Of a stretch of 64,000 nucleotides of DNA, positions 47,965 through 56,777 are shown piece after piece (positions within the stretch are counted from its first letter, which is position 1; every line of letters starts with the position of its first letter). The notes below the pieces were generated by a model that saw only the letters and a program-made list of their open reading frames with translations, was not told the origin of the DNA and did not search any database. The DNA is from Bryobacterales bacterium (GTDB lineage: Bacteria > Acidobacteriota > Terriglobia > Bryobacterales > UBA6623). Made by a program: the position numbers and the translations under genes. The stretch covers positions 3,876,050-3,940,049 of the forward strand of contig OZ243965.1 in assembly GCA_965214655.1 (NCBI GenBank), in the 5' to 3' direction.

Positions 47965-50328
47965 TCAAGGGCCGTAGAGCAGGAAACGGCCCCGGCGCTC
48001 TTTGAATGCTTCGATCGCCGCGCCGTCCGGCTCCGGCTCCAGGCCGGCGGCGAGGGCGTCGATAACCCGTCGATTTCCGATGAGCTTTTCGGTTTCGGCA
48101 AGGTTTACTCTGTTCGGATACAGTTCGATCAGGGCCGTTGCGACGGCCAGTCCCAGAGCCGTCGGGCGCAAGGAATTGCGGTCGGCGATGAAAAGCTGCA
48201 CGCCGCTGATTTCCCTCCCTGCAAAACGCGAGGCGGCCGGCGTCAGGCTTCGCGCATAAACGCGGATTCCGGGAAGCGCGCGTTTTCTGAGGGCGGCCGC
48301 CAAGTCGGAACCGTCGATCCAATCGGCGCCGACGAATTGAAACGGGGTGTCCGTTCCCCGTCCGACGGAGTAGTTGTGGAGCCCTTCGAGCAAGGCGATT
48401 CCGGGGTAGAGAATCGCTTGGTCGAGGTTTCTGATGTTGGGCGACGGGTTCACCCAAGGGAGCTCCGTTTCGTCGAACCAGAGGCCGCGGCGCCATCCCT
48501 CCATCGGCACGACCTCGAGGGCGGCCCCGATTTTCCGCTCCGCATTGCACATCCGCGCCAGCTCGCCGACGGTCATTCCGTGCCGCACCGGCAGCGAGTG
48601 GTAGCCGATGAAAGAGCGCAAATCGTCGTCCAGCAGCGGGCCTTCGACCTGCGTCCCGCCGATGGGATTGGGTCTGTCCAGAACTAGAAACTCGATTCCG
48701 GCCGCGGCCGCGGCCTCCATCGCGTAACCCATCGTGGTGAGGTAGGTATAAAATCGGGCGCCGACGTCCTGGATGTCGAAAACCAATGCATCCAGCCCTT
48801 CCAACATTGCCGCCGTAGGCCGCCGCCGGTTTCCGCGGTAGAGACTGAGGACGGGCAGCCCGGTCTTGCCGTCGACGCCGTCGTCGATTTCGGATTGGTC
48901 CAACAACCCGTCCAGCCCGTGCTCGGGCGTCAGGATCGACTGCAGACGCACGCCGTCCGCGGCGGCGAGCAGGTCGACGTTGCGCCGGCCCTCGCGGTCG
49001 ATGCCCGTCCGGTTGGTAATCAAGCCGATGGTTTTGCCCTTGAGCCGCGCGAATCGCTCGGCCGCCAGCACGTCGAGCCCGGTGCGGACAGCGTACGCGG
49101 TCGGAATGTCGCCGCCCGGCAGGCCCCAGCGGCGCTTGCGCAGAACGCCGTCGTCGATCCCGTCGACCGCCGCCGCCGCAATCGACGCGGCTCGGTTGCG
49201 CAGATCGACAACCGAAGTCTTGCGCGTGGGGTGAACCCGGTTGGTCATCAGCAGGACGAACGAATCGCTGAAGGGGTCGAGCCACATCGAGGTCCCCGTG
49301 AATCCCGTGTGACCGTAAGAGCCTTCGACGAAAAGATCGCCGCGCGGCGAGGCGTAGGGGGAATCGATGTCCCAGCCGATGCCGCGGTCGCGTTTGTCGC
49401 CGGGGCTTTGCGGCGTCGTCATTTGCAGCACGCTGAGCGGACTGAGGATGCGCGCGCCGTCGAGGCGTCCGCCGTTGAGCATCATGCGCGCGAATCGAGC
49501 GAGATCGTCCGCCGTCGAAAACATTCCGGCATGCCCCGAGACCCCGCCCATGAACCGCGTCGTGGGGTCGTGGACGACACCGCGCAGGATGGTTCCGTCT
49601 TCGAGGCGCTCCGTCGGCGCAATGCGCGGCCGCAAGCCGGGGGCCGGTAAAAATCCCGTGTCGGTCATACCCAGAGGATCGAAAATGCGCTCTTGCGCGA
49701 AGGCATCGATGCGCGTTCCGGAAACCTCGCGAACGATCTCAGCCAGCAGAATGTAATTGATGTCGCTGTAGATAAAGCGAGATCCCGGCGGAGCAACCGG
49801 CTTTTCGGCATAGGCCAGGGCGATGCCCGTCTCGTATCCGCTCCATTCGGGTTCGATGTCGAGATCCGGACGCAGGCCCGAATAATGCGTCAGCAGATGC
49901 CGAACCGTAATCTCCGGCGACCCCCGAAAACCGGGCAGATAGCGGGTCACGCGGTCGTCGAGGCGGACCTTGCCCTGCTCGACCAGCATCATGACCGCGG
50001 GCGCCGTCGCAACGACCTTGGTCAACGATGCGCAGTCGAAAATCGTGTCCGGGGCGGTCTCCTCCGGTTCGGGGAAAAGGCTGCGCTTGCCGTACGCCTT
50101 GCGGTGAAGAACCCGCCCGCGGGACTCGACTATGGCGACGGCGCCGGGAGCGGCTCCGTCCGCGAGCGCCTGCTCGATGGCCGCGTCGAGATGCGCGGCG
50201 CCTTTCCAGGAGTCTGCGGCTCGCGCGTGAGGCGCCGCCGCCCAGACTGCCAGGGGCAACAGAAGGGCAAAGGCCGGCAGTCGGGCGCTTCCTTTGCGGA
50301 TCGTGTGTTTCCGGATCGCAGACGACAA
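47965..50328 (-). CDS. Fusion protein: beta-lactamase-fold serine hydrolase (N-terminal) + DUF1343/NamZ-like exo-muramidase (C-terminal)
   Basis: Signal peptide. SxxK motif in CASLTKVV. The later GLITNRTGIDREG...ILTPEHG...FDIQDVGARFYTY blocks are typical of DUF1343. Confidence 0.8.
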   Translation of the reverse strand: MSSAIRKHTIRKGSARLPAFALLLPLAVWAAAPHARAADSWKGAAHLDAAIEQALADGAAPGAVAIVESRGRVLHRKAYGKRSLFPEPEETAPDTIFDCASLTKVVATAPAVMMLVEQGKVRLDDRVTRYLPGFRGSPEITVRHLLTHYSGLRPDLDIEPEWSGYETGIALAYAEKPVAPPGSRFIYSDINYILLAEIVREVSGTRIDAFAQERIFDPLGMTDTGFLPAPGLRPRIAPTERLEDGTILRGVVHDPTTRFMGGVSGHAGMFSTADDLARFARMMLNGGRLDGARILSPLSVLQMTTPQSPGDKRDRGIGWDIDSPYASPRGDLFVEGSYGHTGFTGTSMWLDPFSDSFVLLMTNRVHPTRKTSVVDLRNRAASIAAAAVDGIDDGVLRKRRWGLPGGDIPTAYAVRTGLDVLAAERFARLKGKTIGLITNRTGIDREGRRNVDLLAAADGVRLQSILTPEHGLDGLLDQSEIDDGVDGKTGLPVLSLYRGNRRRPTAAMLEGLDALVFDIQDVGARFYTYLTTMGYAMEAAAAAGIEFLVLDRPNPIGGTQVEGPLLDDDLRSFIGYHSLPVRHGMTVGELARMCNAERKIGAALEVVPMEGWRRGLWFDETELPWVNPSPNIRNLDQAILYPGIALLEGLHNYSVGRGTDTPFQFVGADWIDGSDLAAALRKRALPGIRVYARSLTPAASRFAGREISGVQLFIADRNSLRPTALGLAVATALIELYPNRVNLAETEKLIGNRRVIDALAAGLEPEPDGAAIEAFKERRGRFLLYGP

Positions 50329-50788
50329 ACTTCTTCAACCTCTCCGTGTGCCTATGATAGCCGCCCGAAACGGTTTCCCCAGACCGTGAGGCCAGTAACC
50401 CCGCGGCGGCGCGCCAACGCCGGCGGCGCCCTCTTCCGCGCCCTGCGCAACGCCGACGTGGAGGCCGAGTCGGCCTACGCCGCCGTCGAGGAAGTTCGCG
50501 ACATGGCCGGCCACAACGTAGTCGTCGAGATCGGCGCCCGCATCGACCGCGTGGAAACCAGTCTCGGCGCCCGCATCGATACGCCGGCCGCCCGTATCGA
50601 TACGCTCCAGAAGGCGCTCCGGCCGCTTGTCATCGCCGCATCCGTCGCACTGCTCAGCGCGGTCGGCGGCGGCCTGTTCGCGTTGCTCAAGAGTTGACCG
50701 TAGTACGGGTATTTCTCCGGGACAAGACTCCCGCGCTAAACTGGTCGTTCCCCCTTGCTCACTGCCCGGCTTTTTCCCCCTGAAAGAA

Positions 50789-52081
50789 ATGCTTGACCCA
50801 GGCTGGCTGCGCCGCAATTTCGAAGAAGCGAAGCTTCGCCTCAGAGATCGTGTCGATGCGCAAGTCCTGGATGAATTCCTGGATGCCGACAACCGCCGGC
50901 GCGCCGCAGTCACGGAAATCGAGGCGTTGAAGTCGCAGCGCAACCAACTGAGCGCGCAGGTCGCCAAAGCGAGGCGGGCGGGGCAAAGCGCGGACGCCTC
51001 CATGGAGCGGTCGAAGGCTGTAGGCGCCCGAATCAAGCAGCGCGAGGATGCGGTCAAGAGCCTCGATGCGGCGCTGCGCGGCATTCTGAACAACATCCCG
51101 AACGTTCCTCACGAATCGACGCCGCCGGGCAAGGACGAATCCGGCAACGTCGAAGTCGCCCTCTGGGGCGCGCCGCCCGAGTTCGGCTTCGCGCCGAAAC
51201 CCCATTGGGAGCTTGCAGTCGATCTGGGCATCCTCGACTTCGAGCGGGCCGCCAAGATCACCGGCGCGCGGTTTGCCGTGTACCGCGGCGCCGGCGCAAA
51301 ACTCGAGCGCGCGTTGATCAATTTCATGCTCGACGTGCACACGCGGGAACACGGCTATGAAGAAGTCCTGCCGCCGTTCCTGGTGAACTCGAGCAGCCTT
51401 TACGGCGCCGGGCAGCTTCCGAAATTTTCCGATGACCTGTTCAAGCTCGAAGGCACGGGCTATTGGCTGGCGCCCACCGCCGAGGTACCGCTGACCAACC
51501 TGTTCGCCGGAGAAACCCTGAGCGCCGCCGAGCTTCCGCTCAAGCTGACGGCGTTCACTCCGTGTTTCCGCAGCGAGGCCGGCTCCTACGGCCGCGATGT
51601 CCGCGGCATCATTCGCCAGCACCAATTCCAGAAGGTCGAGCTGGTCAAGTTCGCCTTGCCGGAACAAAGCTACGACGAGTTGGAAAGCCTGACCGCCGAC
51701 GCCGAGGACATCTTGCGCCGCCTGCAGCTTCCTTACCGCAAGGTCGTGCTGTCGGCCGGCGATACTTCGTTCAGCTCCGCCAAGACTTACGATCTCGAGG
51801 TCTGGCTGCCCGGACTCGGGCAGTACAAGGAAATCTCGTCGTGCAGCAATTTCGAGGCGTTCCAAGCCCGCCGCGCCGGGATTCGCTTCCGCGACCGGAG
51901 CGTCAAGAAAGGCAAAGCGCAACTGGCGCACACTTTGAACGGCAGCGGTCTCGCCGTGGGGCGCACCTGGCTGGCGATCGTCGAGAACCGCCAGCAGGCC
52001 GACGGTTCCGTGAAGCTGCCCGAGGCGTTGCAGCCGTACCTCGACGCCGAGCGCATCGCCCCGGACGGACGGCTGGTTTAG
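50789..52081 (+). CDS. serS: Seryl-tRNA synthetase
   Basis: [13 protein letters not shown]... N-terminal coiled coil. Class II motifs include [14 protein letters not shown] and FRSEAGS. The stop TAG is at 52079..52081. Confidence 0.95.
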   Translation: MLDPGWLRRNFEEAKLRLRDRVDAQVLDEFLDADNRRRAAVTEIEALKSQRNQLSAQVAKARRAGQSADASMERSKAVGARIKQREDAVKSLDAALRGILNNIPNVPHESTPPGKDESGNVEVALWGAPPEFGFAPKPHWELAVDLGILDFERAAKITGARFAVYRGAGAKLERALINFMLDVHTREHGYEEVLPPFLVNSSSLYGAGQLPKFSDDLFKLEGTGYWLAPTAEVPLTNLFAGETLSAAELPLKLTAFTPCFRSEAGSYGRDVRGIIRQHQFQKVELVKFALPEQSYDELESLTADAEDILRRLQLPYRKVVLSAGDTSFSSAKTYDLEVWLPGLGQYKEISSCSNFEAFQARRAGIRFRDRSVKKGKAQLAHTLNGSGLAVGRTWLAIVENRQQADGSVKLPEALQPYLDAERIAPDGRLV

Positions 52082-53849
52082 CCCGGATTTCTCACCAGGC
52101 ATGGCTGGGCGGGCAGGAAGCGGTTTACGGAACGAATTTGAGGGGCAGTTGATGCGGGTCGCCCAGTACAGTGGCCGTTGCGCACGCTGGGTGTAGCGTC
52201 CGGCGCTACACGCGGGGGCGTCAGGAGGGTTTGGGGCCGAATTTGCGCACACTCCGGCCAAGCCCCCGCCGGGGCTGCTGCGCTTGCTGTGACCTTCGAA
52301 CCCGCAGGCGCCAGGCGCCCCTTCAGCAGCCCTGCGGCGGCGGCCTTCCCAGATTGGCGTAAACCGCAGCAAACAGCGCCTGCGCCGGATGGCCCGTAGC
52401 CATCAAGACTCACACCTTGCGCGCCGTCACCCGCACCCGCGCCCCGATCTTGAGCAGCCGTACGCGGATCGTCGCGCATTGCGCCCGCGCCATCTGCGTG
52501 CCCGCCAAGCCCAACTCGCGCAACGCTTGCAACAGACAGTAGGCGATCGCAGAAAAATACAAACGAATCTGGTTCGAGCGCAGCAGCGCCGTCGAGGTGC
52601 GGTCGGCGAACAAAGCCAACTGTTGCTCTTTGATGCGCTTCTCCATCTCGCCCCGCGCGCAGTAGAGATCCTCGTACAAGCTCTGCGCGGCGTACTGTGC
52701 GGTGCTGAGCGAGGTCACCACGAAGCGTAGATTGGGAAGCGCGGATTGGCGCCCTTGGCCAGCCGCTCGGCCTTGCCCACCACACGCCGTTTGCGCCGCC
52801 AACTGTGGCGCGTGCGATAACGGAACTCGGCGAACGCCCGCGCCGGCTTGCCGCTGGCAGCGTAGCGCCGCTGCGCCTTCTGCAACGGCTTGTGCAGGCG
52901 GCGCAACAAACGCTGGTTCTTGGCCAGTCCGAACACGTAGTCCACCCCCTGTTGCTCACACCAACTCATCAACTCCTCGCGGCAAAAGCCTGCATCGGCG
53001 CGCAGCAGAATCTCCACCCCGGGCCATCTCCGGCGCAACTGCCCCACGATCCGCACGACCTCTTCCAGCGCCCCCGCCGCAGCGTCTCGGTTCGCTGTCC
53101 GCAACCGCGCGCAGACCAACTGCTCGTCAATGAAGATGTACAACGGCAAGTAGCAGTAGGCGCCGTAGTAGCCGTGAAAAAAACGCCCTTCCTGCTGCCC
53201 GTGCAGACGGTCGTCGGTGGCGTCGAGATCCAGCACGATGCGCTGCGGGCGGCAACTCTGCCGCTGGATGTAGAGTTCAACCAACAGCGCATCGACCGCT
53301 GCGCTGTCCAGGGCGATCTTCTTGTAGCGCGCGCTCGCTTCGACCTGCGCAGGGGTCAACTCCAGCCGGTTCAGCGTGCTCTTGCCCGCCCCGGCCCGGC
53401 CCCGATCCCGCCGCCGCCGACGCTTGCCGCCCGCCACATCGGCCTTGCCCGACAACAACGCCAGCAGCGGGTCGCTGCGCAGTCGATCGTGATCGTTGAG
53501 GTCTTCGTAACCCAAGGCCAGCCCATAGACCCGTTGGCTCACCAACTCCGCCACGCTGTGCTCGATCCGCTCCGCTTGGCGGGAGTCGCGAAAGCAGCCC
53601 GCGAACTGGCGCAGAATGCCGGTCTGCCGCTCGGTGCGCTGCAACAGCAGGGCCCCGGCCTCGCTGGTGATCGTCCCGCCATCGAAACGGGCTACCGCCT
53701 CCCGGCGGAATCCAGTAGCAAAATGAAAACTCGTTTGGTTACACTGTGTCCTAGCGAAAAGTCGTTCGTTGCTGGCTGCAACATATTCATCTACATACGT
53801 TTATGCCACAATCAGCGGCTTTTCGCTACCCCCTGGTGAGAAATCCGGG
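52082..53849 (-). mobile_element. IS1380-family insertion sequence with 18-bp perfect terminal inverted repeats and a 4-bp TTAG target duplication
   Basis: CCCGGATTTCTCACCAGG at 52082..52099 and its reverse complement at 53832..53849. TTAG lies at 52078..52081 and at 53850..53853. Confidence 0.85.
52410..53800 (-). pseudogene. IS1380-type DDE transposase, frameshifted, with no canonical start codon
   Basis: The N-terminal part (...RFDGGTITSEAGALLLQRTERQTGIL...) and the C-terminal part (...RFVVTSLST...LLKIGARVRVTARKV) are in different frames. They join at a 14-bp tandem near-duplication (52722..52749). Confidence 0.8.
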
Positions 53850-53877
53850 TTAGCGCCTGCGCGTCCTGCAAAGGGAG

Positions 53878-53900
53878 CGCGGTCTCCGAGACCGCGTTTT
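53878..53900 (+). terminator. Rho-independent terminator-like hairpin (CGCGGTCTC-C-GAGACCGCG + TTTT), probably the original serS terminator displaced by the IS
   Basis: A 9-bp GC-rich stem followed by TTTT, about 25 nt after the right-hand TTAG duplication. Confidence 0.5.
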
Positions 53901-54128
53901 CGAGATGGAGCGGATCAGACCCTTTTGCCGCTGCAGCCGCTCCAGATTGTCGACAGCCAACGCCGCCGCGCGCTCGGCCGAGCGGCGCTCCGGCGCCGGC
54001 GGCTTCGAGCGGGGAGTCGAGCGGCGCCTGCGGGATCGATCTCCAGACCGGGACCGAAAGGCGGCGGCGAACTGCCGGGGTCATGGCCGACGCGCCCGGA
54101 GATTTTCGAAGCAATTCGCCGCGGCGGG

Positions 54129-54920
54129 CTATGGCTCGATCCACTCGATATCGCGGGCCGGCAGCCAGCAGCGCCGGCCGTCCGGCAGCTCTACTTGGCG
54201 CCAGTCGGTCCGCTGCTCGATGAGCCGGACTTCCGCCCCGGCATGCAGCGGATCGGTGAAGCTGGGCTCGTACGTTTCGCCGTCGCCCTTGCGCGCGACC
54301 ACGTCGGGCGCGGTGACGACCCCGTGCCGCTGCTTCTCGCCTATCGCGGCGTCGTAGAGAATCGAGCCGAAAAAGAGAGCGGCCGTCAGCCCCAAGCCCG
54401 CCGTCAGGCCTGTCGGCATCGGCATGCGGCGCTGAAGCTTCACGATCATCGCGCTCCAGAAAAGCGCTGAGGCAACCGTGAAAATCGCCAGCCGGGCAAC
54501 CGGCGCGAGATCGAAATGCCAGAAGAGCAGCGTGCGCAGGACTTGGGTTTGCTGGGTGTCCTCGAACTTGTCGTAGCGGCGGGTTCGGGCGAAGGCGAGA
54601 TTCCTGTCGACGTTGGGGTCGGAGGGATCGAGGCGCTGCGCGCGCCGGTAATTGAGGATCGCCCGGCCGATGTCGTCCATTTGGAAATAGGCGTTGCCCA
54701 GGTTGTAGTAGAGCTTTGCGTTGCGGATGCCGGACTCGGCGATCAGGCGCTCGTAGCGCAGCGCCGCGCGCCGGTAGAGGGCGCGGGCGGCTTCGGGATC
54801 GTTCGCTTGCAATTGGTTGGCTTGGCGGAAGAACGCGTTGGCTTCGTCGAAAACCGCCGCAGCATCCTGGGCGGCGGCGGGCAGCAGTGCCGCCAGAGCT
54901 GCGAGCAGCAGGCGCGTCAC
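54129..54920 (-). CDS. BatE-like protein (TPR + TM + C-terminal SH3b domain)
   Basis: The GTG start overlaps the upstream stop (GTGA). TPR unit KLYYNLGNAYFQMDDIGRAILNYRRAQRLDP. SH3-like C-terminus ...WRQVELPDGRRCWLPARDIEWI. Confidence 0.7.
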   Translation of the reverse strand: MTRLLLAALAALLPAAAQDAAAVFDEANAFFRQANQLQANDPEAARALYRRAALRYERLIAESGIRNAKLYYNLGNAYFQMDDIGRAILNYRRAQRLDPSDPNVDRNLAFARTRRYDKFEDTQQTQVLRTLLFWHFDLAPVARLAIFTVASALFWSAMIVKLQRRMPMPTGLTAGLGLTAALFFGSILYDAAIGEKQRHGVVTAPDVVARKGDGETYEPSFTDPLHAGAEVRLIEQRTDWRQVELPDGRRCWLPARDIEWIEP

Positions 54921-56764
54921 CGCAGTTTCTCCTCGATGGCGGCTATGACCGCCCGAGCCTCCGCCGGAAGATCGTCGGACGCGCCGAAAACCGCTCCGGC
55001 GTAGCGTCCGGCTTCGCAGCGTTCGAAGACGGTCTTCAAGCGGTCGAGGGCGCCGCCGTTGACCCCGGCATGGGCGAGGCGTTGTTGAATGTCCCGGTAG
55101 GTCAATGCGCCCGAGGCCAAGTTCAGCCGCGCCCCGAGGTACTCCTGCATTGCCGCCAGGATTGCATCGGGGCGTTCGCCGGACGCGGCCGCCGCGGCGA
55201 GCCAGCGGGCGTAGGCTTTTCGGGCGAGCCGTTCGGCCGGACTTTCTCGCTCTCGCAGAAAGCGCGCGCCGGCGAATCCGAGAAAAGCCAACGGGGGCAG
55301 CAGAATCGCTCCCAGCCAGAAAGGCGAAGCAAAACGTTCCGCGAGAGAAGCGGACTGCGGGATCAAGGCGTCGGCGCCGACGTAGTTGTGCGCGATACCC
55401 TGCTCGCTGCTTTCGATGCGGGTCTGCCGGATGTCCGCGCCGCCGACCCCCTCGGCGTCCTGGGCGGTGACGATGCGCGCGCCCTTGACCGACAGGCCGA
55501 TGGGCGCGGTCCTGGCCGTGCGGTACTCGCCCGCCGCCGGGTCGAAATAACTGATCTCGATAGGCGGAATCGCCGTGACGCCGGAGTGCTTGGCGCGGAT
55601 CGTCTGCGTGAAATGCTTTGCGCCGCTCTTGATTTCGCCGGCAGCTCTTTCTTCGGGGATTTTGAAATCGCGCGCCAAGGCGTACTGCTCGCCGAGCGGC
55701 GGCAGCCGCACGCCGCCCAGATAGCCTTTGCCGCTGATTTTCAGATTGAGCGTGATCGGATCCCCGACGTTGACCTCGGTCGGCCGGGCGTCGGCCTCGA
55801 TCGAGTATGCGCCGATCAGGCCGCTGAACGTCGACGGGCGTCCTGCATCGGGCAAGTCCAGCACCTTGAGAGTCGGCTTGTTGGAGGGAACGGTAAGCGT
55901 CTCGTAGACGGCCTGCCGTCCGAAGCCGCTGCCGGAGAAAAAGCTGTCGCTGAAAAAATCGTCGAGCAGGCCGCGGCGGCGCTGATAGCCCCTGAGCGCC
56001 CGGAAGGTCACCGTTGACGACGCCAGCCCGAGATCGCCGGCGGCGCGGGGGATCAGGATTTTTTCGAACTGCAGCGTGAGATAGTTGCGGCCGTCGAGCT
56101 CCCCGTTCCCTTGCAGCGCCGTTGCCCGGCGGTCTCCGAGGCGGATCTCGATGCGCTCCCGCTGGTTCGCGCCGGGCGCCTTCACGTTGGGATCGACGAT
56201 CTCGAAGCGGCGGTCGTCGAGCAGCGGCATCGTGAACGCATAGTCGTTGACTTCGCGGCCGACGTACCATGTCGTCTGCAGCGTGACGGGCTGCCCGACG
56301 TAAGCCGTTCGCTCGGAGAGCGTCAGGCGCAGCTTGAAGTCGTCGTTTTCGCGGGGCGGCTGCACCGAAATCTCGATCGGCTGCGTGCGCGCCGAACGGC
56401 CTTCGTGGCGGATCGTCAGCGAGGGAATGACGAACCTTCCCCGGCGCCGCGCCGCGAGACGATAATTGAACGTGTAGCCGCGCCGGACGATTTGGCGCAT
56501 TCTGCCGTTGACGAACGTCAGCGAAGTGCTGTTGTTCGCGCTTCCGCCGGCTTCCTGGACGATGAAATCCCGCTCGAGGGCGCCGATGTCGGCGGCTTCC
56601 GGCTCATCCGCTCCTTCCACCTGGATTTGGAAAATGAACCCCTGGCCGACGTAGACTTGTTGGGCGCCGACTGCGGCGCGGGCCTGCAGCGGTTGCTGCT
56701 GCTGTTGGCCCGACAGCATCGAGGCCGCCAGCAAAGCCGGGATCGGCATTGTCCGAGTCAACAA
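54917..56764 (-). CDS. BatD-like protein (aerotolerance operon)
   Basis: 615 aa with a signal peptide, an extended beta-rich ectodomain and a C-terminal TM (FWLGAILLPPLAFLGFAG). It sits between the BatB/C-like and BatE-like genes. Confidence 0.7.
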   Translation of the reverse strand: MLTRTMPIPALLAASMLSGQQQQQPLQARAAVGAQQVYVGQGFIFQIQVEGADEPEAADIGALERDFIVQEAGGSANNSTSLTFVNGRMRQIVRRGYTFNYRLAARRRGRFVIPSLTIRHEGRSARTQPIEISVQPPRENDDFKLRLTLSERTAYVGQPVTLQTTWYVGREVNDYAFTMPLLDDRRFEIVDPNVKAPGANQRERIEIRLGDRRATALQGNGELDGRNYLTLQFEKILIPRAAGDLGLASSTVTFRALRGYQRRRGLLDDFFSDSFFSGSGFGRQAVYETLTVPSNKPTLKVLDLPDAGRPSTFSGLIGAYSIEADARPTEVNVGDPITLNLKISGKGYLGGVRLPPLGEQYALARDFKIPEERAAGEIKSGAKHFTQTIRAKHSGVTAIPPIEISYFDPAAGEYRTARTAPIGLSVKGARIVTAQDAEGVGGADIRQTRIESSEQGIAHNYVGADALIPQSASLAERFASPFWLGAILLPPLAFLGFAGARFLRERESPAERLARKAYARWLAAAAASGERPDAILAAMQEYLGARLNLASGALTYRDIQQRLAHAGVNGGALDRLKTVFERCEAGRYAGAVFGASDDLPAEARAVIAAIEEKLR

Positions 56765-56777
56765 CGCGCTCGCCTCC

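Noticed and set aside
50503-50697. Possible 64-aa tail-anchored ORF ([64 protein letters not shown]) upstream of serS.
   Set aside because: It has an interesting internal ARID repeat and a C-terminal TM. However, there is no clear ribosome-binding site, and it sits within a longer spurious ORF (49693..50697). The evidence is too weak to call as a feature.
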